From Ancylonema sp. (taxonomy: Eukaryota): a DNA stretch of 64,000 nucleotides. The stretch covers positions 62,001-126,000 of the forward strand of contig JBFLGF010000006.1 of NCBI GenBank assembly GCA_050230475.1, written 5' to 3'. The stretch's first letter is position 1. Each line of letters starts with the position of its first letter. Positions 12,926 through 27,195 of this stretch are shown piece after piece. The notes beneath the pieces are model-generated. The model made no database searches. It had not been told where the DNA came from and saw only the letters and a list, made by a program, of their open reading frames with translations. The position numbers and the translations under genes are program-made.

Positions 12926-15900
12926 AAAAAAACAAAAAAACAAATGGTAGCCCCGTCCCCCGCTAGGCGGTGGACTATTATGCTTGCGTAATACTGTTTC
13001 ATAACACCGTATCCCGTCACTGTATCCCGTCATTATCCCGTCCCCTTTCACAATTCCCCCTTGTCGTTTGCAAGCTACAATTGTGTCGTTTAGCACGTCT
13101 CCCGTTCATCGTAATTTTCCGTACCATCGTTGTCGTCCCGCGCTCCTAGGGTTGTGAATTTTACATTTACGTTTTTTTTTATATTACGTAATACGTCAAT
13201 TACCGTTTTTAACGGTAATCTTACCGTAATCTTACAAATTACATCGATTTGCTCAATTACGTAATACATGGCCAGAATGGCGATTACACGTAATATGTCA
13301 GGATTTTAATAAGGGTTGCAAAAAAAAAAAAAAAAAAAAAAAAGGTGCGTGGATTTTCAATTTTTTTTCCCGTGGTTGTAGATTGTGTATTTTTTAAACA
13401 ATATTAAAACTATGTTGTTTTCATATTATTTGTCCCACATGGACGGAGTTCTCGATGTTAAACCTTTGATGTGTACCAAAATAGCATACCTTCTCTTCCC
13501 TTCGAAATTAGTACAACATACTTTTCCTTTCCACCCATGTTTTGTGCATCACCTCCCCTCAAGTCCAATATTCCATTTCTTCCTCAACCTACTTATAGTG
13601 CTAGTTGTGGGGCCTTATCTCCTTCGCAAAATGTAAAGCTAACTTTGCAATTATTAGCAACATGTAATAACCTATTACCAACTTGCATTGCTATCGTGTT
13701 TGTAGCTTTTTTTGTAACTTATAAAATGTATTTTTGCTTCATTTCAAGGATATACACACACACACACAATAACCACATATTACAAATAATTCATGACAAA
13801 TAATTCATTTTAAGTTGTTTCCCAACAAACAAGATTTCATCAGCATGTACAAAATAATGTTCGTCCGTCGTCATAACTTCTCTGTCAGGATCGTCCTCCT
13901 TTCGTCTTCCAACCTAGAAGTCGAAAATGTTAAGGAGATTCCAAGTCATTGCGGTATTCCATCACTAGACTTTCATGGCGTCGTCGTCCTACATAACATT
14001 GTTGTTTGCTAGAACGTTGTGACTATGTTGTCGACTATGAAGTAGTTGCTGACTTCATTACATTGTCGTTTATTAAAACGTGTATCTACAACGGCAGTTC
14101 TAGTATGTTATTACACGAGGAAGAAAGTAGATTGTCAGGCACTCTCACGCACAGAGAAAGTCGCCCGGGAGAAAATATTACGGGGGGGGAGGGGGGGTGG
14201 GTAAGGGGGGAATTGATATAAAAAAAAAAAAAAAAAAAAAACTTGTGGCGTGCTTGAAGTGTCCCAAATTTGTTAGGTGTAATTTTTACATTTTAATCGT
14301 CATGACGGTAAATTAGTAATTACCTCAATTACGATTTACATGTAAGGCTATCGTCAAATTACATGGGTTTTTGTAAAATGACGATATCACCGTAATTCGT
14401 AAATTACGGCTGTATTACTTACGCCGAAACCCGGATTACGTCAGCAGGGATACTGTACCCGCTCCATCGTAATGTGTGACACTCATAGATTCAGTTTGTC
14501 GTTTGCGCCACAGAATCTGTTAGTTTTTGAAGAAATCCCGCATCTGACGGGTGAGCGTTGTTCACCGCCCCGTCCCTCCCCCAGATGTCGTCCGATTCCC
14601 GGAATGTCAGAAGATTCTCAAGATTCGGTTCAGAATCTTTAAGTTGCCAAAAAAAATACCGGATCCGACGAACACAACAAGAATTGGTTTCAGCGAGGTA
14701 CTTAGCTCTCTTGTCTTTCTTCTCCGTGCGTCCAAAAGAAATCCAACTTAATTAAAATTATACTATTTTTTACCCTTCGTTGTTTTTCTTTTACCCCCTT
14801 TTATTTTTGGAATTCATGTTCGTTGTATACATTTGTGTTGTTGTGAGAAGTGATTAAAAAGGAAAAAGAGGATTGATTGATGAAAGTGGTGATGTAGGAG
14901 AAGTTTGTAAAAATTTCACGGTTGCAATCACATAACTAAGCGAAGACGGAATTACCCCGTAGTAAAATGGAAAAGATGGATAAAAAGTGTGATGTCATGC
15001 TCGGTGATTAAATAAACGTATTTTTGGTTGGTTTGCAGAAGGAAATAGGAAACTACACCACGCTTTGACGAATGTGCTCGAGGTCATGAATTTTTTTTCT
15101 CGTGTGTACTCGTTATGATGAGTTATATTTGGTTGTTGTAATATTGTCGTTTTTTTTTAAATTGTGTTACCTTGTTTTAGGGCATTTTTACACTTCTATT
15201 ACATTTATTCTATGTCTTCATTTCTTTATCGTTTGTGTTTTTTTTCATGTGCGGATGTTTTTCATTGTTGTTTTTATGTTGTCGTTGTATATGATGTATG
15301 TGGTGTTTTTGTCTGTGTGTCGTTATGTCTCTTTTTTACTTTTGGATTCTTAAGCAATACGTTTTCCTTTTTTTTTTGTGGTGTACTTTGTTGATAATTG
15401 GTAAATACTATTTTCATCTAACCTTACATGTTAAGTTGTAACTTGACTTTCACAAGTAGTTCTCGCTAACTTGCGTGTTTATTATTTTATGTATTGTTGT
15501 ATGTTGTGGGTGGCATATTCTTCTTCTATTTTATTTTTTATTTTTTCACTAATGTTGCGACTAAATCTACTACGATAAAATGATGTTTGGCATGAGCAAA
15601 TGTTTGTGTTTAATCATAGTTGTGAATCTCGACATATGCACCGTGTATGAAGTTTCGTTTTTACATCCGCGCATTGTTATTAGGTTTTGTTATTTCAATA
15701 ATAGGTAGTTCTCGTCGTTGGGGTTACGTATATTATTGTCACATTATATTTTGTGATGTTAGTCATTGAGTATGAAATTCTATATTATTGTTAGTCGTTG
15801 AAGTTGTGTCTTGCTTATGTTTATACTTATGTAGGGATGGACTCTACTATCATTTCAAAACCCCCCAAAAATACCAAGTTCAGGTTGCACCATCGTACTT

Positions 15901-16409
15901 AGGTCTTTTGCTCTAGTTTTGTGTTACTCGACAGGTTATTCGCCCGTTATTCGCCCTTTTGTTTGACGGTAATCTTTAATTATCTTTACTGGGCTTTTTT
16001 AGGCTAGTAAAAAGTACGGGTCTGTCCGGTTTAACGTGCTGGAAGTTTTCCTACTTTTCGCGGCGCCTAGCCGTTTAGCGGTGGCCGATTCTGCCGGCCG
16101 ATAACTTGCCGCTGTAACGCGAAAAAGCGCACCGGGTCCCCACGGCCTCGCCGGATACTACAGTTCCTGCCGGTAGCCCACTATGTCCTGAACCCCACTG
16201 CATCCTGGAGAGGTAGTGGAGTTCCACGTATAGCACACAGCGACTGGTGACTGATGTGAGCGACGCCTCACAATCACTTGCTGCGACTCAGACGATGAAA
16301 AGGTAAAGGGAGTTGGTCTGTTGACATGTTATAGTTGCCGGCTCCGTGTGCAAAGCAGTGCTCGGCAGTGAATTAGTCTTGTGGATTAGTCTAGGGATCT
16401 CTATGTCTT

Positions 16410-17410
16410 TCGACTGCGATTGCGACTGCCACTGCGATTTACGACTGCGGTCAACCAACCAGCCAGTCATGCAGCCAGTGAGCTAGCGAATAAAGGTGAG
16501 CGCAGAGCGAGCGGAACAAAGTTTGCGACTACGAATTGCGGCTGCGGTCATTCCCTCTCTCCCTTGGGACTGCTCTTGCGACTGCTAGTGCGATTTACAT
16601 CTGCTACCAGCCACCCAGCCAGCCATGCAGCCAGTTAGCCAGCGAATAAAGGTAAGGGCAGAGCGAGCGGAACAGATTATGCGACTGATAATTGTGACGT
16701 CGACTGCCACTGCGACATGCAACTGCGACTAGACAGCCAGCCAACCAACAAGCCAGTCAACCAGGCAGGGCTTTATGATTTCCGATGCTTTACGCTTGGC
16801 CTCTTATGTACAAACTTTTTTATATGATGAATATCAATATTTCATGAAGTAGAGTATTAAGCATGAAGTTTTTGGTCTATTTTTTGTCGTGAATATCGAT
16901 TTGCGCGCCGTATTTGGGTCTGCGACTTTTGCCTATATTTGCGACTTTCTGCAACTTTTGATTTCCGGTGCTATCATGCCTGGCCTCTTACAGTCGCAAG
17001 CATGTACTGTTTAGGCTGATTGTGTGCAGCGGGATTCATTTTGCAGATGTCTAAGTCAGCCCGCCATCTAGTCAGCCACCCAACCAACCAGCGCATTAGT
17101 CAGCCAGCCAGCCCACCTCCTAGCCAGACAGTAAGCCTCATCGCACTTAGTTTACTATGCGTGGATTCTTATGAATTGGTTTTTTTGTGTGCTTGACGTG
17201 TGGCAGGCCAATATAATCAGTAATTGTAGACTCGTGCAATGTCATGCAGTGTCATGGTGTGTTTAAATACTGATTGAGTTCGTTCTGGTTGTAGCGGGAC
17301 TGATCTTGCAGGTGTCTGATTTAGCCACCCAACCAGCCAGCCAACTATCCAGTCAAGCAGCCAACCAGCCACCCAGAAAATTAGTCACCCATCCAGCCAG
17401 AAAACCTAGT
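16410..17410 (+). repeat. Imperfect tandem modules rich in CAGC/GCGACT with splice-site-like borders
   Basis: A ~165-bp duplicated unit (..cagccagt..agcgaataaaggt(g/a)ag..gcagagcgagcggaaca) at ~16420-16520 and ~16580-16675, plus two ttgcag-preceded cagccagcca-rich blocks at ~17047 and ~17312. Confidence 0.6.
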
Positions 17411-18147
17411 GTTGAATATATATGTAATATATATGAGAACGAAAACCATGATTTTTGTTTTTTGTTTTTCTTTGTTTTAAAGATTCAGCTAGAGCGCCCT
17501 CAAAGGCGCTCGCTGGCTCATCTAAAAGAAAAAAGAAAAAAACTATGTGTCGCAAAGAAAATGGGAAGGATGCATATCGCCCTCCATTCTCCTTTCAACA
17601 CATAATCGCACATCCCCACAGGGATAAGGGTAGATTCAGATAATGAAAAATATTCCGTTGTAGTATGGGGCCTAACACACATGAAATCGCATGCTAAAAC
17701 GAACACGAAATTCCTTACCGGGAGGTGCAAGTGCACCATCTTCCACTTACACCAACCTCCGACCCCAAAAAACAGAGAAAATCTTAGGCAAAATTTTGCA
17801 ACAAAAACCCGAAAACTAGCCAATCACAGCACCACACGTCAGCGGTGACGTTTCAGCCGAAGTTGACAAAATATTGAAATCGTCAAGTCCGGCGTAATCA
17901 GCCAATCACAGACATCCGAAGGACTTGAAGTGGCCAAATCCGTACAGATGTACGGGCCATGTCAGCAACTTGAAGAGGATGGAAAACGACTGACACAGTT
18001 AGCTCTGTAGAGCTAAGTAATCTCTCTAGTAACCATCAGAATATGGTTACTCTGCTAGGGACGTACTTATCGGTAAGTAGTAACTAACTAGAGGAGGATT
18101 TTTACTTTCGCATTTCGATGTTTCGTTTTTGCCAGGCGGCTCGCGGA

Positions 18148-18204
18148 CGCGCGCCGGCTTGGAGCCGGGCTCGCAAATACCGCGAGCGGAGCGCGACCCA
18201 CTAG
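18148..18204 (+). mobile_element. Putative Helitron 3' terminus (hairpin then CTAG)
   Basis: Stem GCTCGC (18169-18174) / GCGAGC (18182-18187), followed by CTAG at 18201-18204. The next base is G rather than the usual T. Confidence 0.45.
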
Positions 18205-18308
18205 GGCGTGTTGGTTGGGTCATAAAAACTCCAGGTGCACGTGTTGACGTTGACAATATCCCGTGTGCTTTCGTGGAATGTGACTGCCCCCGAAATTATC
18301 TTAGTTTG

Positions 18309-21300
18309 ATGTCGTCCTCAAATGTGTCTGTGGCTGGAGGCGAGCATCCGTATCCAGCTTGTATGTCTATCACCGCAGCTGGACGCAGATGGTAAGGCGG
18401 CGACCTCGTCTGGAACTGAATGCCTTCTGCGCTCTCTTGATGACCAACTGCCTTTATAACTGATTTCTATCGGGGCTGAAATTTATCGAACAGTCAACAT
18501 TCGAATGCGGATGCCGGGCCAATGCACAATGTCATTGCCAATGCCAATGCCAATGCCTGATCTCTTGGTATGCTTATGCCGTCGTCGAAATTTCTTCCTC
18601 GTCATCCATCGCCACGGCCTCTGTGTTCTCCACCCTTGATCATCCTCTCTGCAAAATTGATTTCGCAGGTGTCCTATCAGCAACAGCAACAGCCGGAACC
18701 TGGTGCCTCCTGCTGCTGTCCCCAATTCCTCATTAATATCCGTTCTCCTTCTCGAGTGCGACGACATTTGCGAAGTCTTAAAGACAGTTGCAGAAAATAT
18801 GATCTCAGAGGCGGTCAGAACATGGGAAGCGGGTCACGCAGCCTGGAAGAACTGCACCTTCGTCCTGACAGGCGAGTCCCACATGGCAATGGCACGTGTC
18901 GTCCTCCTCTACATGGCGCAGATCCTGGACGCCAATCTGCCTGCTGACGTGAACTTCTTCTGGGCGGTGTGGTGCAACCTCAGCCTCACTCGACCTCAGC
19001 TGACTCGTCTTCAGGGCATCACCAAAGAATTCATAGATGGCGACGCTGTCCGACTGCAGCGTTCGGGAATATCAATCCCGAACAAGGAGCAGCTTGAATC
19101 TCTGAAAGTGGTCTGGAAGAGATGGTGTGACAAAGAACTCCCTGCACTTGAAAAAGTTTGAGAGCAGCGCAAGAAGTATCTGTCCTCATACGCCCTCGGG
19201 GTTGACCCGAGCATAGCCGTCAGAATTCGCAAAGAGCACGTTTCTCCTGCCACGGAAGACTATGAGGAATGCTTGGCAGCGCTTCAAAAGGTGTCTATAC
19301 GCACCACAATGGATTTATTTCTTCCTCGAGGCGAGCAGAAATGTGCAGAGGGGAAGACTGTGCGAAAGGAGATCGAGGCGTGGTACCAGACAGGTCTGAC
19401 GCAGACTCTTTCCTCGGAGAAGTGTGTTGCAAATCCCACCCTGCTCGACCCTTCTGATGACTCCTGGTACGTGCACCCGGGGGCTTGTCCCTTCCGCCCC
19501 TTTCTCCCTCTCTCTCATCTTTTCAAACAGAAAGCATTAGATGACGCTAAGAAGAAGGTGGTGGCCTCTTTAGCAAATGCTTGTCAAGGCCAGCTAAAAG
19601 AGTATCTCAATGCCTTTTCCACATACTTCCGCGAGGGTAAAATAAAGTTTGAGGTCTGGTTAGGCAACCCCCTGCGGTTGGCTCTCTATCACCTTCCACG
19701 CCTTGTGGTGGACGAAGTGGGCGAGGGGAAGGGGAAGGGGGGAGGAGAGCAGGCAAAGAACCAAACAGCCGGGAAATTTGATGTGATCAACACTCAAACT
19801 CTGGTGGATAGAGTTGGCTTTCTGAACTTGTTCGTCGCCTGCGGACCGCTTCTGAAAAGGTGAGACACTAATATGGATCGGGGAAGAGTTTGAAATTAGA
19901 CTTCTGTGGAGGCCTCTGGAGGCTGGACGTTAGGAAAAAGCCACTTCTTTTGCCGTAATCGTCTTTAGTTCTCAACGGTCTTCTCCATGTAGCTGGAAAT
20001 TAGAGCAGTGGTTGTAGAGACCATTACTTGGATGTCAGCAGCGTCCACGTCTTTTCAATTTTTATTTATTTGGCTGGACATGATTGTGCCTTTGCCATCA
20101 TCAGGGCACAATCATTGGATTGTGTTCATTGGCTTGCCTGCTTCAAAACACAGCGTCATACCATCACACAAAGACAACAGGTCTAATCGTCGAGCTTCGC
20201 GTGTTGTAACCAATTGTTTTTATGAGGCTTCTGTAGGGCTCACACACACACCTGTTCCTTCCCGCCACCTCCACCACTCTCCGTGCGCATTTCTAATCTT
20301 CCCTACCTTCTCCCATCCCATCTGCATCCCTTCCAGCTCCTCCACCTCGCGCCTCTACACCGCCACCATGTTCTGGTACAAATCAGGGGCCTCTGTGAAG
20401 TCCTTCATGGACTTAGCTGTGGGAATCAAATCCTGCGGACTCCCAACAATTCTGGGCCTTCGCCTGTTCACAATCCTCGAGTATGGGGCCCTGGGAGCGG
20501 CCGTCATCTCCCCCGCCCACGTGGTCCACCTGCGCGCGGATCAGAGGGTGGAGAGCGTCTTCGAGTGGCGGGCGGCAGGGGTGGGGGGCCCGGAGCGCCA
20601 GGTGGCACCATCTCTGGAAGCCCATTCAGTGGCAGGAGAGATTTGCGCACCAACGAAACTTACTCTCCTCCCCCACCCTCCCCCAGAGGAGACGAGGCAG
20701 GTGGATGCGTTGCAAAATAGGGCGGGTGGGGGGAAACGCGGGGCAGAGGCGCAGATGGAGAGCTTTGATCGTCCGTGTGGAGTGTCAGATGCGTTGAGAT
20801 TCGTTTCCACACTCTGCTGCCGAACCCAACCTTCTGTGGACGACTCCCCAGAAGTGTGCATGTCATCCTGCTCGCCTCTCACCTTCTGCCTCATCGTGTG
20901 TAACCTGATGGACAGAATCGACTCACACTCCTGCCTGCGTCTGTCTTGGGAAGCCATGGCAGAAGGAGAAGCACCTTGCCGCCTGTTCCATTTAGGGTTG
21001 AGGGCCATGTGGACGCAAGTGAGACCCGTCAACAATCCGATTGGCTGTGGATTCCTGGGGGGTGCACCAGGGGCGGTCCTATTTGGGCATAACATCAGTC
21101 AGGAGTTGGCGGACCGGATCCATTCTGAGCCAATGACTGTCGGAGTGCAATACCTCCGGCTTGTTCTGGTGGAGTACCCCCAACGCCTACCCCCGGAGGC
21201 ACAGCGAGGGACCCTGACGTACGATGAAGTGATGGTGATGCGGGGTGGCGTGCATGTGATCGACAACTTCTAGCTGGACCCATCTTCTGCCACTCTGCGC

Positions 21301-22917
21301 TTCCTTCTGCCCACTGACCATGGGCTGTAGAGGAGGAAAACGCTTGTGGCCCTCTTCCCCTCTGCTGCCAAGCAAGCCCTGTCCGTTCTGCCCCTCAGTC
21401 TATATGAGGAGACAGTTCTGGGCACGGTGTCGGGTACCCCTGTCCCTCTGGGGGTCTCCACAGGGCTAGCTGGGCTGGGCATTGGAAGGGATGGGGGCGG
21501 CTCTGGCAGTGATGACAGAGAGGGGAGTATGCGTGTGGTGGGGCTGTGTGAGTATCCTTGTTCCTACCGTGTCGTGGTGGAGGTACCCGTGGGGGTGACA
21601 GGGAAGGCGGTTGCGAAAGGGAGGGGGGCATCTGTGGAGTACGGATACTCAGAGGTGGTGCTCACTGTGGGGAGGTGAGAGGCAGGAGGTTCCGCATCGT
21701 GTATCTAGACTGAGACTTTCAGATTCGGGTTGGTTTTCTGTTTTCTTACTATTCATGGTCCAGCTTCAAAGCTTGGCTCTATATCCTATGAAGGGTTAAG
21801 GGGCGATGTCTGAATGGCCTCCCTTCCTTTCCTCCCCGCAGTCTCCGGTTGCTTCTCTCTTTTTCGTGCCCTGTGGACTGCCATTACACTGATGTCCAGG
21901 TGGCGCAAGGGCGTGGGTGGATGACGTGTTCATTCGAAAAGGTTGCCAGGTGGCCCCTCGACCCCTCAGATATCGTTGTTGCCAAAGTGTATCTGGAGGG
22001 GATGGAGAAGTGGGAGGGGGAGGAGGAGTTGCGCTCCCTTTGTGTGCGTATGTTCACTCTGCAGGAGAGGGTGGTGACGGCAATCACTCAAGGGGACCCT
22101 GGGGATTCCCCCCCCCTTTGGGGGTTGAGGAACTGGCTGGCAAAAGTATTCGAGTTCATTCTCGAAAAGCAGCCCGTCATATTTGCGGTGCCAAGTGCGG
22201 GGCCTGGATTTTCCGTGAGGTGGACGGAAGGGGTTCACGAAATGTGGTTTCTGGCGAATGCTCTAAGAGGAGACAAGTGGGGGAGGCCAGTGGTAGAGAT
22301 TTTGTACACGAACGGAACGATATTGAGAGACTTCATAGACAACGAGGATATTGCGATGACTGACGCACTAGAATACCTATGTGGGACTGAATGGGATCGC
22401 CAGGTCATTCCCTGCAGTCGAATCCCAATTCTGGGATCCGCATGGTGCTGGTTATATGATTTTGTGTCGTATTCCCGTCAACTCACAGAGCCTTCAGAGT
22501 GGCAGAAGCGTGGGATGGCGTTTGACAAATGCTGGTCACCCGCCTTTTTGCCGTTACTAGATGGATCCTGTTGAATTGAACAAAATGTTAGAAGATGGTG
22601 TGCGCAGTAGAAAAAAAGCGGCACCTTGTCTAGTGCGTCTGGGTCGGTCGCAAGTGGAACTTGGGAGGGAGCATATTGCAGTAACGGCAGGAAAGGTAGG
22701 AAAGAAAGGGAAGGCAGGAAAGAAAGAGCAGGTTAGCTTAGAGAGGTGTGATGGGTGTGGAGTGGAGCGTGGGGAGAGGAAGTTGCTTAGGTGTGCACGA
22801 TGCTTTGCTGTGGGGTACTGTAGCAAGGAGTGCCAAGTGAAGAGTTGGCAGGAGCACAAGTTGGTTTGCTCGAAGCTCGAGGAGTTACTCGAGGAGTTAT
22901 TGGAGCTACTTATGTGA
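18309..22917 (+). pseudogene. DUF4470-like + C-terminal MYND zinc-finger gene copy 2, full length but disabled
   Basis: Exons 18309-18391, 18669-19859, 20337-21674, 21842-22917, all GT-AG with phase-2 introns. In-frame stops: TGA 19159, TAG 21271, TAG 21328. A frameshifting deletion lies near 22565. MYND motif: [31 protein letters not shown]. Confidence 0.88.
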
Positions 22918-23221
22918 ATGTGGGGATGGAGAGTTGAAGAAGGGTGAATGTCTCAAGAACAACAAAGCATATGATTGGCATTTAGTACATTGGAAAGATA
23001 CTCAACACTCGTGTTTGACGCTAGAACGCGGAGTTATTTTTGTGCCGATAGGCAAGGTATATAGTGCAAGTCACTAGACCTCGACTTTAGTAAGATCATG
23101 GAGACTAAGGAAGTGTCATTGATTGAGGTAGTAGTTGGAGAATTGATGGACGATTGTTCGTTGTCGCGATTGCATTGCGGCTATTACTTTATATGTCCGC
23201 TATTTGGAATCGTGTGTACTG

Positions 23222-23453
23222 TACTGACCACACATAATGACCCGCAAATAACTATGAGAGGGGTGGATCGGGTCAAATAAAATAATTCGTTATTTAAAAA
23301 AAAAGGGTCAATCTATAATGTGGGTCACCAGATAATAAATATTTTTCAGGATTTTTAGAAATTTAATATTGGGTGCGCGGGTTGGGTCAAGTGGTGGTTT
23401 TTTAGTTAAATTTATTCGTTTCTCAAAACCCGGGTCATTATGTATGGCCACTA
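23222..23453. mobile_element. MITE with ~22-bp imperfect terminal inverted repeats
   Basis: TACTGACCACACATAATGACCC ... GGGTCATTATGTATGGCCACTA. No clear TSD. Confidence 0.55.
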
Positions 23454-26400
23454 CGGTGTTTCGGTGAAATACTTGCATTCGCTAGAGGTTAAGCTACAAG
23501 AGTATATTCAGGAGATGTAGACGTGTTGTCACGTTGATAAGATAACATCCGCAATAATAAAGGTACCATGTAGAAACAAACAAGTCCTCATTTAGCCCGT
23601 TGAGGACATGCCCTGTGTATAAGCACGTCCATTTGCTGTCACTATACAATCATGTGCAGTCTCTTTGATATTTGTTGACTTGGAAAAATCAAGTCCATAG
23701 TGTTGTGAATTTTATGTTATTTGTGCAATGATACCCAACGTCTGTGCACACATTTCTTGTGTGAAGTTCGATAGAGAGGTCGAATTTCATTTTTTGTTCA
23801 CATACTTGAGCCAACCTTATGAGTGCTCATAGAGAGGTGGTTTTACATCACGTGTGATAAGTCTTAAAAATCATCGTTGTCTTCAAAGAAAGAAAGGGAG
23901 GAAAAAAATACCGGAAACATGTCCAAAATGTTTCGAAATTGTAGGGCATGCGATAATTTCTCTACCTGAAATAACACATCGTTTAGTAGTGAGCCTAATG
24001 GTTGTGTGAAGGTGTGACAAAGAGGTCGAGGGTTTGAAGGGGGTTCACACAAATGACAGACGCCCATACATAATCCAAAGAGGAACAAGTTTGTCGATCC
24101 TATGATGCATATGTAGCGGCGGATCTTCTCTCGTGCGGGTCCATTATTAGCACCAAGTTACCGAAACTCATACATGTGTAACCCCTCGGGAACTGGTGCG
24201 TTTACGTTTGTGTGTGTTGTACGTCTCCCTATGTTGGGTTGATACGTAATATATGTGTGGCCCACCAAGCTCGAGGCTTTGAACGTGCAATGTTGTTGTA
24301 CCACTTTCGTGCGGTACCATCCAAAATGGGATGGGGCTCGGCCGCGAGCCGCTTGAGGTCCATGTGCTCGCTCTCGGCTCTGCCCGCAAATGTGTTGTTC
24401 GTCCAGTTGGTCGTCGGCCTTTGGTCCCTCGCACAATATCCGTTCTTCATATATCGCCGTGCTCGTATACGCATACTCATGTCAAAATGTGTGTTCTTGT
24501 GTTCTAGAGGGTGCATGAAAAGTTCGTTTTGTGTCATCAATCGTTATGTACACGTTAACTATGGTAACAAAAGAACTTGGGTAAGCTATAGTCGGTGCAT
24601 GCTCGGTAAATACATTGGGTGTTGAGTGTTTTTTGCAGGAATTAAATCCCGACAACATTCCGTAGACCACACGCGATGATTGAAGCTCTAGTTACTAGCG
24701 TTTCCTCCCCCCCGTAAAATTTAGACTATGCGTATGCTTGTAACTATTCGCTTAACCGGTTCAAGCACTTACTTCGTTTTGTGGGTTTCGCAAAGTTAAG
24801 TTAACTAGTACCAATCGCATTTTAACCCGTGGTTTGCCCGGGTCCTAGGTCGGGTCCCGGACGGAAAATCGCGGATATTATTATTTTTAGAAGCCATTTT
24901 ACAGGGGAAAGTGGACGTGACGGAGAACGTAACGACATAGTTGCTTTTGGCATTTTTTACAATGTACAAGAAAAACTGAGTCACGAAATATTTTGTCCCG
25001 GATTTTTTTTCTACGGAATATCTCTAAAAGACTTCAAGTAAAAACGAGAAATATTCTACTTCCGCTAGTCCGAGGTTCTTGACCTAAAAAATAACCATCA
25101 ATCAAAGGTCGGAACCTTGGAGCCTGGTCTGGCCCGGTTTCGGTATGAGTTTAAGTTTCCCGTGGATCCCATTAGCACGAAGGACTAAATTTGTAACTTT
25201 TTATGCACTTCTTATGCACTTTTTATGCACTTCCCGGAACTATACCTTTCTCTTTCGCACGTGTGAATGCAGGCTCGAACGTGTGCACGATGCGTAGTTG
25301 GCGGAAAAGCCTACATAGCTTGTTATGTGACGCCTAACTCCAACACAAGTAGGCACCCAAAAGCATTTTTTGCTTTCAATGGAGGTAAAATTATTCAGTG
25401 GGTGTATATGGTAATCATACAAAGCCATGATCAACATATTTTGTTCGTCGCACATATGTAGTAAACGAGTATGCATATGATTTCGGAGCATGTGTCCGTT
25501 AGAAAATGTTGCGGTGAATGAGGATCTCGCACGTGTGTGACGCCATCGATATCTATGTATACGTCCCATGTCACCGTTAATGAAAGTGATAGTGGTTGAC
25601 GTATTCTTAGTTGCTCCCTCCCCGGGTGAGGATGTCATCATAGCACTTAACCCCCCCCCGCGGACGCGCTATATTTTTCTTTGGTAGGCTCTTTGTAAAG
25701 TCCGAACGGAGTCTCAATAAAATCATGAAGTCAAATTTCGATTGTGTAGGGCTACACGACACACCATGTATGTCATAGAGGCTCTCCGTTCAAGTCACTA
25801 TGTCGTTTGTACTAAGATATACACAATGTCATGGCATACCTTAGAAATGTGGGCCATTGGTCCATACCATCGTCGAATACGCGGGTAGCGCCCCATTTTT
25901 ATGTATCGACCCTCGATACAAAAACACATTTGACGAGTATTTTTTGATGGCGATTCTTGTGATTCTTATTCTTATCCGCCGATGCAATAGAGTGATGTGA
26001 CTGAGAGTACAGAAAGTGGGCCTTCCTTATCCATCGAGAAAACCTAGCACCAATAACACTATCGATACCGCTACAGTAATGCAACATTCCACTAAACTTA
26101 TCATTGTCACACAATCGGATCACACACGCTCCCTCGACAGGCCACACAAGGCGAAAGTCGGACCCCACCGCACGACTAGCCGCCCGGACTGTCAGCTCCG
26201 TACATCAAACCACGAGCTATCCCCTACACGCCACCAATATGTTTGTTTCACTAGACCACCCACGTCCCGAACCGTAGCTTCTAGCCGCATCCGCCGATTG
26301 CGGTCGCCTATAATACTCATTACACTCAAATATTCCCTTCTTCTTGAAACAACGTCGACCCCAGTAAAATACGTACTAGCTACATGTGCACCGCGTGCAA

Positions 26401-27195
26401 AAAGTGTAAACTAGTGGGTTTAAGATGTATACTAAAATGTCGTGATTTATGTCTAGTGCCCACTTGTAACTGAGTTAAAATAATAAAATTGGGAATCCAT
26501 TTATGTGAAAAATAAATAATTAAGAGTATGATTTTTTTAAAAAAATTAGGTCTCTAAGTCATCATCTCATACAATCTTGTTTTTTTAAGTCATTTGTGAA
26601 CATGCAAAAAGTATGGCTGAGAAAAATACTGACCAGTTTTTTGGGAAAATAAGCCTAAATCAAAGGGAAAGAAACGTGACGAGGGGAACACATTGAAGGG
26701 GGAGAATTAGAAGAGACGAGAAGTAGAGAAGTTGGATTACCTTATTTCAGTCGAAGCTAGTTCAATATCTCAAGGTTGCGATGAAGTATGGTTACATGGT
26801 ACGGACGTTTGACAAGCGGTCTTGCAATACGGCCGCATTGTACAAGCGTTCTCCCAACAACTTTATGTTGTTTGTGCAACGGTTGGGCGTATATTTGGAA
26901 CTCTCCAACACGTAAGAGAAAGATCAATTGGGCCAGCATGGCGTTTGAGTTTCCAAAACGCTAAACGTCCGCATGCAACTATAATTCAAATTTTCGTATT
27001 AAAAGGTACACACATTCTGGGATGGAGAAAAGAGCGAGAAACATGGATAAAATAAGCAACACCATAGGGAACATGTAAAAACGTGAACATGTATTGTAAG
27101 TACAAGACTGCAATAGTGAATTGATGGTATCGATCTAGAATGTTGAAACAACGACTATTTTTGTGCTAAAAGATGGTTTTCGAGTGTTCCCATAC

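Noticed and set aside
15102..15394. Hydrophobic ORFs suggesting a membrane protein
   Set aside because: This is T-rich, intron-like low-complexity sequence with no family motif.
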